Below, one piece after another: positions 47,601 through 59,000 of a stretch of 64,000 nt of DNA. The translations under genes and the position numbers were made by a program. The notes beneath the pieces were generated by a model. It made no database searches. It saw nothing but the letters and a program-made list of their open reading frames with translations, and was not told the DNA's origin. How positions within the stretch are numbered: the first letter of the stretch is position 1; each line of letters starts with the position of its first letter. Location of the stretch: IMG/VR virus record IMGVR_UViG_3300009425_004205, positions 14,463-78,462 of that record; one strand, 5' to 3'. Source of the DNA: a virus.

Positions 47601-50600
47601 CCGGAAAAGTGATTTCCTCTGTTAGAGCTAACCTTCCAGAAAATGTCTATAGTTCTGATATGATAGCCACACCCTCAGCGGACAGCGAAGTGTTCAAACC
47701 AGACTCCCGCCCAGTTAATTATTTTATTGCTTTTGAAAAGAGCATGTACCAGACAATATCTGAAGAGATGATAAACTTCTTTGCAACGATAAAGGACTTT
47801 AATAACCTGATAGGTGAGCCAGTCAATAAGTATAGGCAAGAATATAAACATCTGCAAAAAATTAGGGAGATGTTTTTTAGAAGAGTGGGGAACACCCCGG
47901 ACTTGGAGAAGTACGTAGAATATTATAAGTGGTTTGACTCTGCAATATCAGTAATGATAGATCAGCTTAAGCCTGCAACAACCAGATTCTCAGAAGATAT
48001 AAGAACAATGATAGAGAGCCATATACTGGAAAGAAGCAAGTATATGGCTAAGTTCCCAACGTTGGAAATTAAGCAGTCGGAGAAAGATTATTCATTTCGA
48101 TCTATAGGAGAAAATCAGTATAATTGGCGCACTGGCCATGCCCCCTTGCCAGAAAGCCCGATAAATGATAAGGTAAACTGTTCTTGGTGGTATGAAAAGG
48201 CAGATAGGAGAGACACCTATATATTCCACCCCTCCGGCTCGGCACCTCAAGAGGTGATGAGGAATAGGGAAAAGATAAACATTTCAGCTACTTCTGATTT
48301 CGTATCGGGTTCTTCGTATGAAGCCCGAAGATTTAGTAAACCATACAGGTTTTCCATGGAGAGGGGCATAGATTTAAGCGTCGGATATAATCACAATACA
48401 AATAAAATACACGACTTCTATAAGGGAATTATCGAGTTTGATACCGGAAGATATATAATGCTAGCAGCACAAGATATTAACAAGCCAGCCTCGGCCACAT
48501 GCGCGGAATCAATGCCAAACAAAAAGGAGAGATACCGAGGAAAAACAATTGCTAAAAACGCTAGCGGGTATATGAATGCTGATTCCGATATCAGTATGCC
48601 GTTCACGCTATATAAGACTGACGTAATTACCGGCTATAACGCACTGCTAAGAAGCGTTAAGCCAGACTTAGACATAACAAACTTACATGCAGATACTTAT
48701 GGTAATGATATGTCTACCCCTCTTCAAGGTGTTTTTGCAGAAGCGCATGTCGGGGGCAATGCTCACAGGCATAACGAGATAAATGTCAATACTCCTGCCG
48801 CTAGAATCGAGGCATATAAGCTAAACATGACGTCAGCTGATGCATCTGCAACACTGACTGTTGCAGATGGCACTGACGCTACAGCAAATCAATTTACGGA
48901 AAGAGAACAAATCACTATCATATCGACGGACGGCACCAGCAGGACGTACGTGCTTGTAGACGCTAGCGAGTCTGGTGCAGTTGCCACGGGGACGATACTA
49001 GTCAAGGGTTCGGATACTGGAGCTTCAGTCATGACTTCAGGCCACGCACTTCTCGGCGGAATCGCCGTAAATAGCAACCTGAATACTCATAATCAAGCGC
49101 AGGTATTAAACGAAATTAGAACAGCGATACTTCACTCTAACGGACATACCGGGAAAATTACTTGCAGCGCTGTCCTAACACCGGCAACAGGAACGCAGGT
49201 AATTACACTAACACAAGCGCTCAAGGGACATGAAGGTAACACAAGTATAAAAACTGATATAAGTCAAATAACTGCCGTTGATTTTGCAGGCGGATATTCG
49301 AATATTAAGGTAGTCCACCAGGATATACGCCTCCCAAGAGCTAGCTGTACAAGGGACGGCACAACAAAGCGTCCATACAACTTCCAGAACATAAAGACAT
49401 TAACAGGATCTTTAATACATGGTAATTACGAAAAGGATTATGAAATAGTCCAAACCACCGGCCGCCGCCAGAATAACTCCTCTTTTACGGATGCGGGAGG
49501 CTTCTCGAGTGCAGTGAATTCCATCTTTGATGGATTTGCGGACATCGCTAAAACACAGAGAGGGAGAAGCGAACACGTATTCGTAAATAGGTTCTCCGCC
49601 CCCGGTGGCCCAGAGACTTCCGGAGACTCCGACGGAGGGTATGGCTTGGATATGGAGTCTGCAGAGTATTCAATATATAACTCAATGAATTATAGAAATT
49701 CTATAGTTCGAAACACTCTCAACGAGATACAGTCAGAACCCTCAAATCAGTTTGGTGCCCGTTCGGGTAGTGCGATATCTGAAGGATCATATGGGCTCAA
49801 GGCAGGATCAGACATCGGAATGGCATCGATGCACATGACGAATAGAAACCCACTGTATCATACAGATAATAAAAAAACTTATGATAACTTTTTTGTGCAG
49901 CATCAGATACCACAAAACGACTTGCAGTATAGGTGGATATCAGCGTCCTCCCTAGAGACATACAATACATATCCAGGACATTCTCACGGGTTTTCTATAC
50001 CAGTTGGTGATAGTACAGTATCATCTTACCCCTCTAGTATGACGTTTTTAAGCTCTAGTGAAGTTGGGAGTCATCGCTTTACTTATAGCGGTACCGAATT
50101 CAAGCATTCTTTTGGCGCACAGTTGTCAACAAATTTTACCGTGGTATCAAGAACCTTTATTCCAACTGACTTTGTCGGGATGAACACCATCATATACGAG
50201 CCCGTGTCGCCAAACACAGCTTTGATAAGAATAACTATACCAGATGGGGACGATGATACTGCAGATCAGTTTGGGGAGAGGGAGAGTATGACACTTACAT
50301 CTACGGATGGAACTAAGAAGACATACGTGGTGGTTAACAGTAATGAAAGTCTAGAGAATTCCCTCAGAACAGGAACCGTCCTAAAGGCGACTACCGATAC
50401 GGGTGCGCAAGGCCCCCTTGGCGAAGGCAGCAGCTTGATAGGTGCTATAGCTGTGAGGTGCGCTCTTAGCACTATAACCCAAACAGACTTATTGAAAGAA
50501 TTTGCGAAGGCAATGACGCATAAAAACGGACACAAAGGGAAGTTAGCCCTCGGAGACCCAACCTCTTCCGGTGGTGTTGACGGCCCACAGACTATGACAA

Positions 50601-53600
50601 TTAGGCAGGTACAACCAGGTGCAGCTGGAAATACTAGCATTATTACAGATATATCTCAAATATCTTCGACTGGTGTTCCGGACAGCATGAAATTTGCCGG
50701 AGGCACAGATGATTTGAACACCTTGGGATATCCCTTGGGAATGACTGCGGAAAATTTCGGTGGCACGTTTCTCAATGTAGATAATAATTATATCAATGAA
50801 AGAATATGCCAAGTAGGCAATTATCAGCCCGAGGCTGATAACTCAGCTCACCCTGAAGGTACTGCGGCTGTTTTAAATTCTATAATATTGAATAGGCAGG
50901 GCCCACACGGATGGCCATCCTGGAAGCAATTGCGCTCCGGTGATCACCCAGTAATGCGAGAGCATAGAAGAAACAATATATTTTCTGTCCAATCTAGAAA
51001 TGGAATCGCTAATGCGAGCACATACAGTCAGTATCGTTATCCGCACAGTTCTTCCCCCTACGCGGAGGAAAGAAAGAATGATAGGGTTATAACCAACTTT
51101 GTAGAAACTCCTGTTACATCGCGGTATAAGCCCCTAGAAATTGGTTTTGGGAACCTTAGTGGAGAAAAGCTAACCTATGTAGAGGGCCTCGGAGATGTTC
51201 GTTGGAGTAAAAATTACACCACACCAGATATGTTTCGAAGGGGGAGCTACAATGCTACTGCAAAAATATCATATTCGAATAACTCATCAGGTTTTGCGAA
51301 TTCTTTACTGAGTTCTCATATGAATATCGAGCCACAAAATAAAAAAATATATTTGGAAATACATCAAGCAATGTTGGACGGAAATGTGGTACCGTCATCT
51401 ATATTATATAGCGAGGTTGTTTACCCTCGAGAAGATAATGCCTTTCTGAATAAGACTAGAAATAGGACTGCTTTCTATAACAATTTTTGGAGATTATCGA
51501 AGGTAGATAGGAAGAAGAACTTAACTCAAGATTTTCTTAATTCGTATGGGTTTTATGCTGCATATTCCATCACTATAGCCCAAGGCGGCGATGGAGATGA
51601 AACTTGGGGGCATGTGACTTCAAGCGTCTGGCCACTAGACTCGCGTAATAATTTCTCTTTTACCCGCCCTAGAAAAATAGAAGATGGATATTCCAATATA
51701 TCTTATAGTGACGACGCCCCCGACGCGCCGGCACAAGAAACCTGGATAAAAACTAATTCAGATGTTGCTAATCGTTCAGAGGGAGAATTAATGAACGACT
51801 ATTCGATATTCCATTGTGGCAAGGGATACACGAAAACAGCGCCAAGAAATGCGACGTTCGAACAGTGCTCTAGGTGGAAGCTGTCGACAATATCTTCTCC
51901 TCTATATTCTAGGCGATTCCCTATCGAGTACGGCGATTATTCTTATTTAGGGGGAGAGTCTGAGTGGGAAGCCGGAGATCAAGCAGGAAAATATCCGTTC
52001 TATGACTCTTATGAGAATTATAGAGAAGAGTTAAGAGGAGCAGCACAAGACTATAGCTTGATTCCTGAATTTAGAATAAGTGAAAACATTAAGGACATTT
52101 TCGAGTCTGGAGGTAATTTTGCTTCCCCTCGTGATGATTTTCTGTCTTTAACTGGATCGAAATCTGGTGATAGTTCAAATGGTAAATTCTTTAGCGACTA
52201 CTCCAATACAGATTTTCTTAAATATTTTGAAATTGTGCGTGATAAATCGACAGAACTAGGCAATATGTCGCCACGACGCTTGTGGCTTAAATGTAATGCG
52301 ATAATGAAGTTCCTGCCTTATAACGGTTTCTATCCGGCATTGAGGGCTACAGAGCTTGCGAAGATGTGGTCAGATGAGCTTACAGGTTTAGGAGCATCGG
52401 ACAATACATCGAACGCATCCAGCGATTATAGATTGAGTAGGTTGACTAACATGAGGAATCTGGCAACTCCAAGCCTTTTCTCACCAGGAATAATGTTTAA
52501 TTCGATAAAGTCTGGTATTGCGGCAGACTATCCGATATTTGAAAACAAGGGGTATGGGAACCTAACAGCGAATACATCCTCGATAGACACAGCCTATTGG
52601 TACTCTTGGGGAATGTTTTCAGCATCAGCTGGAGCGGGTGTTGCTTCAGCTTTGATAAACAGTACTTCGTCAATACAAAATAGGTTAGCCACCGGACAGC
52701 CACACCAATATGGCTCTGCGTTTATTGGCTCTAAAATATTCGATGCGAGAATGGGTGCTACAAATGCCGGCGCCGACGGCGGCTCTTCTCACTTTGGGAA
52801 TGGTACAACATATAAATATGTGCCGAGAATATCATCTTCGGCATGTAGCCGGATTCCGTTCGAAGCTATAATCTCACCAGACATTATGAAAGGAACCATA
52901 TTATACGATAATGAGCCACACCCGTCTGCAAGTTGGGGAGTGCAAAAATGCCTTGATGGGAATGCAAGTCAAGTCGCATCTTACTTTGACTTATTTCCGA
53001 AATACGGGCAGGTTGGCAAGCCCTCTGAGTTTGATCCTCTTCGATTGACAGGTGGTAGTACTTGGAAAGATATTCAAGATGATGGCAAAGTTTTTCAAGA
53101 CACCCAGACACCGGCGTACAGTCTGGCTTCTAGTAACTTTTTTGCGGAAACTATAAACTTTTTCCTCAAAGGCAATAGCTTGTCTAGCATGATATCAAAG
53201 CCCGGCCCTTTTCGGTTTGCATCTTCTCAAACCGCGACAAAAGCAGCAGCATATATTACAGTTAAAAAAGCTCAATCTGATATGCCGGCAGCAGTCCATG
53301 GTAGGAAGTTTAGATTATACCAGACGGATGGAACAGGAACTACTTTTAGCTTCGCCACGAATAGTGCTAGCAACGTTGCTAACGTAATAGGTATTCAAAG
53401 TAAAAGCGCTAGCGCAATCGCCACCGCCATCGCCGCAGCGATAAATAGTGAAATGAGCGGGATTACAGCGACTGCCTCTTCTGCCACGGTGACATTGGAG
53501 CAAGATGTGGTGGGCTCGGCAGGAAACACTGATGTTACGGATGGCTCCGAAGCGCTAGCCAAGAATCTTGTTTATAGTTGGGGTAGGGAAGCATACGCCT

Positions 53601-55111
53601 TTGACGGAGTATCCTTGGAGTGTACAGGCAGATTTAAGGGCGGCCGCTCCGAATTTCAAGCATACAAAATGAGGTTCAATGTTATAAACCGTGGTATTGT
53701 AATGTACGATAATAAATCAGCTTATGGCCCCCCGGTTGATAATGCAAATCCGTTGTTCTCCGGAAATCAGTTCGATATAAATTCACAGGATTTTGATTTT
53801 GATCCTTATGTTCCATCGGTGACAAAAGAAGGATCAGAATCATATATAGAATATTCTTTTACTCCGAGCAAACAGGTACACACCTTGAAAGAAGTACTTG
53901 AAGGGTTAGAGAAAGTATATTCCGACAACACAATAAGCAATGCTTTTAGCGGTAAATACGGAGGTTGCTCGACGAATAAAGACTTTAGGATGAACTTGGA
54001 GTCTTCGTTTAACATGTACGGTGTGATAACCGATCCTGTAGTGGAACAGGGCACAGCAGGTAATATTCAGCGGATCCGCACGGCAGGCAACGCAGATATA
54101 AGACAGCGCTGGGCAATTCAACCAAAGTGGGAAAGTCCAATACTTAATTTTAGAGATGTAACCTCGAAAAAAGTACCACTAACAGGACAACTAACAGCTA
54201 GCTGCTCGACACAGCATCCATGGAAGATAAACTTGGCAGAAGTGGGATTGTTTAATGGAAATCATTACATTCCATCCTCCCGCGGTATGTGGCATCAATA
54301 TGGAAGGTTGCCACTAGAGCAAGAGGGATATTTTATGTCTACGACTGATGTCTCTGGGTATAAATCGTTGTCGGATGTGGTGGGCTTTCCGACTGGCAAT
54401 CAGATTCGAATGGGAGAACTACCAGAGGACGGAGAGAGGGAGCTGTGCGAAGCTGTTGTGGCTATTCCATACGTAGTTAGCGATTCTAATCCTGAGTCAC
54501 CAGAGTTTTTTGAGTTACCTAAGACTGCCTTGGCGCAGGGTCCATCCTTTGTTCGAAAGGACCCAGCGATATTGCACCAGTTTGATATGATGAAAAAATA
54601 CAATTTCCCGCCACAATTTGATTTTATAAAGTATCCAGAAAAGATACCATTAGCAATGTATGTTTTTGAATTTACTCATAAGTTAGCTAGGCAAGACATA
54701 TCAGACATCTGGCAAAACCTCCCACCAAAGATAGGGGTATCTGCTCATGGCTGGGCGGAAGGTGACAGAAGAGGCATAGACGTTACTGAGAAGGTAGTCG
54801 GACATACCCTACTAGACAACGACGGAGTAGTTGATCCTTTGGGCGGTGACATAAGAGAAAAATTACGCTGGATGGTGTTCAAAGTAAAGAAGAGAGCAGA
54901 AACAAACTATTTTAAGAAAATAGAAGACTCTTTTCTGAAGGGTAAGCCAGAAGCGACTGTTGACATCTTCAAACAAGAACGCCGAAGAAGACTCGTATCG
55001 GCAACTATTGATGATTTGGATAATAAGTTTAAGAATTCTTTTAACTGGCCTTATGATTTCTTTTCGTTAGTGGAGCTAATTAAACTGACAGCAGAAGTGG
55101 AACTCAAATAA
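44675..55111 (+). CDS. Giant (3478 aa) virion structural protein with LamG/concanavalin-like domains and inserted repeat domains
   Basis: TVEFWMK, DGKWHHYAF, LYIDG, GSMDEFRFW and YYKFNEG (LamG); IYKTKGT.KS.RNLIRCFG (baseplate-like); three internal repeats. Confidence 0.8.
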   Translation: MSLKNLFEKKSKPIGKTDLKNLAADVESEDYILVRNKRIERFAPKIDYIDPANFAKFGLAERYYRDSIQRIHQTFPYDGSEYEKEAWHLSSSHLDNELLRSEYPRANGYARLSATGWGNQASTVDSYGLPAVADLEYIYIKGGPHADPYENFKSENSLANIYESASYRESNLKIGGKRGNTVEFWMKKDAYDVSKTNKEVFFDAWVSGSTVGTDSYGRLRVEANFNTSNATPFNVVYQSGSVGIYNKPIGDSTLRRTDIADGKWHHYAFSFKHSSADSTLYYRLYIDGALNDSREAVTMPSFGSVDGNIVATIGSLTTLHTTGSSSSIGSGKLSGSMDEFRFWKTERDAKEIGSHWLNHAPCGTNNITQNTNLGVYYKFNEGITEISATDATVLDYSGRISNGSWKNYTSASRATGSAFVESGKALREYKDPIIYATHPEVVALLEKKELVGRSYDLQNNSSLYHSLPTWIIEEQMGENKEVNLMGELIQVMSSYFDTLYLQIEALPSLTSQEYKDYASPSHVSGSTFAPFSDKLLKSVGFVTPELFADSVLVEKIASKNDDGAFEFDLHDVKNFIYRNIYNNISQIYKTKGTEKSFRNLIRCFGIDNELIKLNMYADNYTYSFKDNFLNKAEKTRCIDFDDKTRYSATVCQEYLSVTSSYGFASHYISGSGASDDSNLATTMEAEVIFPRKKDSTSHFFEETAFVSSSIFGCHTPSLTPGTMTWDADDNASLQVYAVRENPYSRAAYFILSSTNDGIFNGDSELKSPLIENVYNETKWNISVRLKPRGYPLNNVTGSQDESSTAYDIEFRGTYLILDSIEDSFSVSSPMAKSTAVNFHYAPKSVYAGAHKTNFKGALITSSDVTLSAVRYWQAYLTDEELNDHSRDMTSHGRRHPLREEYVHESGIRTSNHPSYESLALHWDFSQVSGSNAQGKFFVHDASSGSVESASQLHNITRTSHPAFGHGFPESSADVVSGKVISSVRANLPENVYSSDMIATPSADSEVFKPDSRPVNYFIAFEKSMYQTISEEMINFFATIKDFNNLIGEPVNKYRQEYKHLQKIREMFFRRVGNTPDLEKYVEYYKWFDSAISVMIDQLKPATTRFSEDIRTMIESHILERSKYMAKFPTLEIKQSEKDYSFRSIGENQYNWRTGHAPLPESPINDKVNCSWWYEKADRRDTYIFHPSGSAPQEVMRNREKINISATSDFVSGSSYEARRFSKPYRFSMERGIDLSVGYNHNTNKIHDFYKGIIEFDTGRYIMLAAQDINKPASATCAESMPNKKERYRGKTIAKNASGYMNADSDISMPFTLYKTDVITGYNALLRSVKPDLDITNLHADTYGNDMSTPLQGVFAEAHVGGNAHRHNEINVNTPAARIEAYKLNMTSADASATLTVADGTDATANQFTEREQITIISTDGTSRTYVLVDASESGAVATGTILVKGSDTGASVMTSGHALLGGIAVNSNLNTHNQAQVLNEIRTAILHSNGHTGKITCSAVLTPATGTQVITLTQALKGHEGNTSIKTDISQITAVDFAGGYSNIKVVHQDIRLPRASCTRDGTTKRPYNFQNIKTLTGSLIHGNYEKDYEIVQTTGRRQNNSSFTDAGGFSSAVNSIFDGFADIAKTQRGRSEHVFVNRFSAPGGPETSGDSDGGYGLDMESAEYSIYNSMNYRNSIVRNTLNEIQSEPSNQFGARSGSAISEGSYGLKAGSDIGMASMHMTNRNPLYHTDNKKTYDNFFVQHQIPQNDLQYRWISASSLETYNTYPGHSHGFSIPVGDSTVSSYPSSMTFLSSSEVGSHRFTYSGTEFKHSFGAQLSTNFTVVSRTFIPTDFVGMNTIIYEPVSPNTALIRITIPDGDDDTADQFGERESMTLTSTDGTKKTYVVVNSNESLENSLRTGTVLKATTDTGAQGPLGEGSSLIGAIAVRCALSTITQTDLLKEFAKAMTHKNGHKGKLALGDPTSSGGVDGPQTMTIRQVQPGAAGNTSIITDISQISSTGVPDSMKFAGGTDDLNTLGYPLGMTAENFGGTFLNVDNNYINERICQVGNYQPEADNSAHPEGTAAVLNSIILNRQGPHGWPSWKQLRSGDHPVMREHRRNNIFSVQSRNGIANASTYSQYRYPHSSSPYAEERKNDRVITNFVETPVTSRYKPLEIGFGNLSGEKLTYVEGLGDVRWSKNYTTPDMFRRGSYNATAKISYSNNSSGFANSLLSSHMNIEPQNKKIYLEIHQAMLDGNVVPSSILYSEVVYPREDNAFLNKTRNRTAFYNNFWRLSKVDRKKNLTQDFLNSYGFYAAYSITIAQGGDGDETWGHVTSSVWPLDSRNNFSFTRPRKIEDGYSNISYSDDAPDAPAQETWIKTNSDVANRSEGELMNDYSIFHCGKGYTKTAPRNATFEQCSRWKLSTISSPLYSRRFPIEYGDYSYLGGESEWEAGDQAGKYPFYDSYENYREELRGAAQDYSLIPEFRISENIKDIFESGGNFASPRDDFLSLTGSKSGDSSNGKFFSDYSNTDFLKYFEIVRDKSTELGNMSPRRLWLKCNAIMKFLPYNGFYPALRATELAKMWSDELTGLGASDNTSNASSDYRLSRLTNMRNLATPSLFSPGIMFNSIKSGIAADYPIFENKGYGNLTANTSSIDTAYWYSWGMFSASAGAGVASALINSTSSIQNRLATGQPHQYGSAFIGSKIFDARMGATNAGADGGSSHFGNGTTYKYVPRISSSACSRIPFEAIISPDIMKGTILYDNEPHPSASWGVQKCLDGNASQVASYFDLFPKYGQVGKPSEFDPLRLTGGSTWKDIQDDGKVFQDTQTPAYSLASSNFFAETINFFLKGNSLSSMISKPGPFRFASSQTATKAAAYITVKKAQSDMPAAVHGRKFRLYQTDGTGTTFSFATNSASNVANVIGIQSKSASAIATAIAAAINSEMSGITATASSATVTLEQDVVGSAGNTDVTDGSEALAKNLVYSWGREAYAFDGVSLECTGRFKGGRSEFQAYKMRFNVINRGIVMYDNKSAYGPPVDNANPLFSGNQFDINSQDFDFDPYVPSVTKEGSESYIEYSFTPSKQVHTLKEVLEGLEKVYSDNTISNAFSGKYGGCSTNKDFRMNLESSFNMYGVITDPVVEQGTAGNIQRIRTAGNADIRQRWAIQPKWESPILNFRDVTSKKVPLTGQLTASCSTQHPWKINLAEVGLFNGNHYIPSSRGMWHQYGRLPLEQEGYFMSTTDVSGYKSLSDVVGFPTGNQIRMGELPEDGERELCEAVVAIPYVVSDSNPESPEFFELPKTALAQGPSFVRKDPAILHQFDMMKKYNFPPQFDFIKYPEKIPLAMYVFEFTHKLARQDISDIWQNLPPKIGVSAHGWAEGDRRGIDVTEKVVGHTLLDNDGVVDPLGGDIREKLRWMVFKVKKRAETNYFKKIEDSFLKGKPEATVDIFKQERRRRLVSATIDDLDNKFKNSFNWPYDFFSLVELIKLTAEVELK
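48836..49294 (+). repeat. Protein-level repeat domain, copy 1 (related copies at ~50215-50704 and ~53234-53644)
   Basis: QFTEREQITIISTDGTSRTYV...DTGA...NGHTGK...GNTSIKTDISQI..FAGG versus QFGERESMTLTSTDGTKKTYV...DTGA...NGHKGK...GNTSIITDISQI..FAGG. Confidence 0.85.
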
Positions 55112-55123
55112 GGGGTAGGTTAA

Positions 55124-56047
55124 ATGTCCTTTTTTAACAAGAAAGAAGAAGTTATAGATTTACAACTAACTCAATTTGGAAAAACCCTCTTATCTAAGGG
55201 AAAATTCAAGCCAGCATATTATCAATTTTTTGATGATAACATAATTTATGATTCGAATTATGCAGGATTTTTAGAATCTCAGAACTCTTCTGCAGCGAGG
55301 ATTAAGGACAACTCTTATCAAAAGACACAATATATTTTTAAAGGCGCTGAGACTAAAATGACACAGTTTAATGAGAGGGTAGCTAGGGGCGAAGTTGGAC
55401 TGTATGAGCCGAACGATAGCATACCTGATAATGAAGAAAGGCAAAATGCTTTGAGGTATGCACTTCATGAATCCGAAATGGGAAATCAGAAATCTCCATA
55501 TTTTCACATCCTAGCACACGGAGCTAACCTAACAGGTTCTTTGACTCACTTCAGTGGTTCGAATGTGTCTCATCCCATTCCCCAGTTACAATGTGTCGCG
55601 GAATTCAACGTGGTAAAGGACATGATACTAAATCCTGGTACCATAGAAGAATATCAACTTAGCAACGATCCAACGGATCCGACACTAGTGTTCGCTGATG
55701 GGACAATATATAGCGTCTTCGGGGAACATATCATGTTTACTTTCGATGAGTTCAACGTATCAAGTCATGGAGACAACTTTGAAATTGAAGTTTACGAGAT
55801 AGTTTCCGGCTCGGCCCCCGACGAAGAAATTCTGCTCCCTTTGTTTGCGGATCATACACATGAGGTTATGGATGTAAGAAACTATTTCGAAATTTTAACA
55901 GATGGAAGAATTCCAGCAAACGCTCAAGTTTCTTCAGAAATGTCCCTTCGTGGTATGTTCACCGGCGAAGCTAGAGACGTAGACGAAGAAGGCGCAGATT
56001 ATGATATCTATGGGGAATTATTTTCGGATCCGGAGGATTGTGAATAA
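55124..56047 (+). CDS. Putative virion structural protein
   Basis: 307 aa; N-terminus is similar to that of 62956..63942. Confidence 0.7.
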   Translation: MSFFNKKEEVIDLQLTQFGKTLLSKGKFKPAYYQFFDDNIIYDSNYAGFLESQNSSAARIKDNSYQKTQYIFKGAETKMTQFNERVARGEVGLYEPNDSIPDNEERQNALRYALHESEMGNQKSPYFHILAHGANLTGSLTHFSGSNVSHPIPQLQCVAEFNVVKDMILNPGTIEEYQLSNDPTDPTLVFADGTIYSVFGEHIMFTFDEFNVSSHGDNFEIEVYEIVSGSAPDEEILLPLFADHTHEVMDVRNYFEILTDGRIPANAQVSSEMSLRGMFTGEARDVDEEGADYDIYGELFSDPEDCE

Positions 56048-59000
56048 TGTCAGTGTTTTCAGGAAATATGCCAGAAGTATATGTTAGAAATATCACTATT
56101 TCCCCCGGCCAACCGGCAGCTGTTAAGTTGTCTATGCTAATCAAGGAAAAGAGGTACCCATCGGGTACTCCTTCCTGGCATCACCTTGTGGACTTAACGG
56201 GGAATACATATATATATGTGGTACAATGCCGCAGTGCCTCGGAGTCTGCAGTACTAGGATCATTGTTAAAAGACGTCAGATCTAGGATATTCAATATTGA
56301 CGCTTCCGCAAAAAGCGTGCATGAAGCGCTTACTTCGACACGTCAGGGAACAGAATTTAAAAAGATAAATCTCAGAGAAGCGATATATTCTGGTAAATAT
56401 TCTGGCGCCACTAGAAACGTTTCTGATTTGTCAGTTGCAAATAAAGAATACGATGTGTTATATGAGACAGATTTTGACATAGTTGCGAATAACTTAGATT
56501 ATTTGAGTTATTATATTTTTTCTCATATCGACATCCGAGGCGTTGAAGAGAGCCTAGACGTGAGGATAAACGGCCAAGCAGAAATAGGCATGCTAGCAGC
56601 TGCCGGCAGCCGACTAAAAAAAGAGGCAGTATTAGTCAACGGCGCCGTACCAGAAATGGCAACGGTGTTCATTGATTCTGACACTGGTATGCCATACCTT
56701 GGAGAAAAGCATCAGTCTGAGGCAGGTTGGACTAAGGGACTAAGGACGGCACCAGAGCCGGGATATTTAGAGGTAAGGCAAGTTCGGAACACTAAAGTGA
56801 ACGATTTAAGAGCAATGCAGTTGCCCCCCGTCCAGGAGAGGTATTATGGCGGTACAGTATATACTACCGAAGCGGACATTCTAAAACAGCGAAGCCGAGA
56901 ACAGGCAGCAAGAGAAGTTTATATGGATGTCCAATCCCTTGTCACCGCGCAATCAGAGCAGTCGACAGAAATGATTTTGAAAAATAGAGTTCTTAACGCA
57001 GATAGCGTTAAGAATCCGTATAGGGGAGAAATATTATTTAGTACAGCTCCGGAAGGTGGGTGTAGGTACTTGTTTACTATTGATTGGCACCAGATGTTGA
57101 TAACTAATTCGCAGTTTTCACAGTTTTTTCGCAACTTAAGCGCTGATCAACTTAGGGTTGTAATGAGGGCATCTGCCATAAGTAGCTTTAAGCTCTGGCG
57201 CCGCCGCGTCTGCCCTTCTTCGGTGACTGTGGACTCAACCCCAACACCATTAACTGGAATTAATTCTTTTGGCATGCCATCTCTGGAGGTGTTTGACGCC
57301 AATGAAAGCCCTACTTTGATAGTCCTGGCAGTCAATCATGACTCGGGGGGAGCGTTTGAAGGAGTCACTTACCCCAAATCGGGAGATAGAGTGGGTACAG
57401 TGAGTGAGATATTTGTAGATTTTGAAGAACTCACGGACGAAGAAGACGCAAAGCTCAGGACTTTCACAGGCACGGATTACCAGATATCAGACATCAATGA
57501 TGGAGCATATCAATATTATATTGAGCTGGAAATTATTGATGGTATGTACGACTTAACAAAGAGAATAAGAGGCGAACTTGATACAGCAATAGTGAAGATG
57601 GTAGCCTATTACAATCTAGCGTCAATACCTAGATTTCGAGAGGCTTCTTCTTCTTTTTACGAAAGAGGCGGTACGGGAAGAAAAGAATATGGCAATTATG
57701 ATACAGAGACGGGATTATTTACAAAGAAATTTTTAGAAACCACAGCCGTGAGTAACCTCACGCACATCCGCTCAGCAGTGAGGAGTTATTCTGCAGCAAT
57801 TAAGCTTATGATGGGCGTATCAGTAAGTTCCAATAAATTAGAGGATTATGTCAACCCACTAAGTAACGGAACTCTGGAAACGCTTGGGAAATTTATGGAA
57901 ATGCTAAAGCAGGTACGTTCGATGTATGAAGATAAAGTATTGTCTAATGCTAAGAGTGTAAGGAATTCAAAAGACTCAGGAAGTAGAACAAGCTCATCAT
58001 CTGCAGACACCAGGAGATATAAAGTGCTTAAATATTTTAATCATTCATATAATTGTAATAACAGAATGAGCTTCGGAGCTAAATATTTCAATTCGACATT
58101 GTCTTCCACACCAGGTTTTGTGATACAAGATATGTCAACTAGGCTGTCTTCGGAATACTTATCGTACGGAGTAGAAAATTATCGAGCATCAGTGAATAAT
58201 AACGGGGCTTACTTATCTCCGTCGTCCTACGTCACTTCGGAAAAGGGAGCATTTATAAACTCCGACTTATCAAATCGAGATATGAAAAGCAGAGCAATTG
58301 AGAAAAAAGCAAAAAAGAAGGCAGGGGAGAGAAGTTATGAGCAAGAGCCCGGCCCCCGCCTTGTTTTAGGATCTACGTCGACTCGACGTAGAAACTTTAG
58401 CTATCTCCGGCCACGTGATCACCGAGCCGGTGACGAATATAAAATAGAGGCTTTAGGTTTCGACGTGCAAGAGGATGACTCTTTGAGGTTTGCGCATTCT
58501 GTGTCAAAGTCCTCTTCTGGAATTCCATGGGTACCAAAGGGCGACAAATCGGAAGACAACACAAACACCGAACTTCTCACCCGACGAGCTGCAGTATTCT
58601 CTTCCATATCTTCATTGTCGAATGTGGGGATGACTGTGGAGTCTCCCCTAAGAGGAGTTTTGCCTATAAAGATGTTATCATGGTTAAGCGTGGAAGATGA
58701 AAATATTATGACGAAAAAAACAGCTAAGAATCTCTCCCTATCCGTCACCGGTAGCGGAGTTAACGAACAATTAAAAGTGTCTTACACTTCCCCGGATACT
58801 TTGAGCGACAAGGAAATACAAAATGGATCCATGATATCGAATTTTATTTATACTATGTCAAACGTGTTCTCGTCAAACAGCCTATCAGAATCGGTAAGAG
58901 CTGGAATGCTGCCATCGATATCCGTGATAAGCAGCTATGTAGAGGATAGGTTTGAGTATTCCGATAAGGAGCTTAAAAAGCAGGTTCCTTTGCCCCCGCA

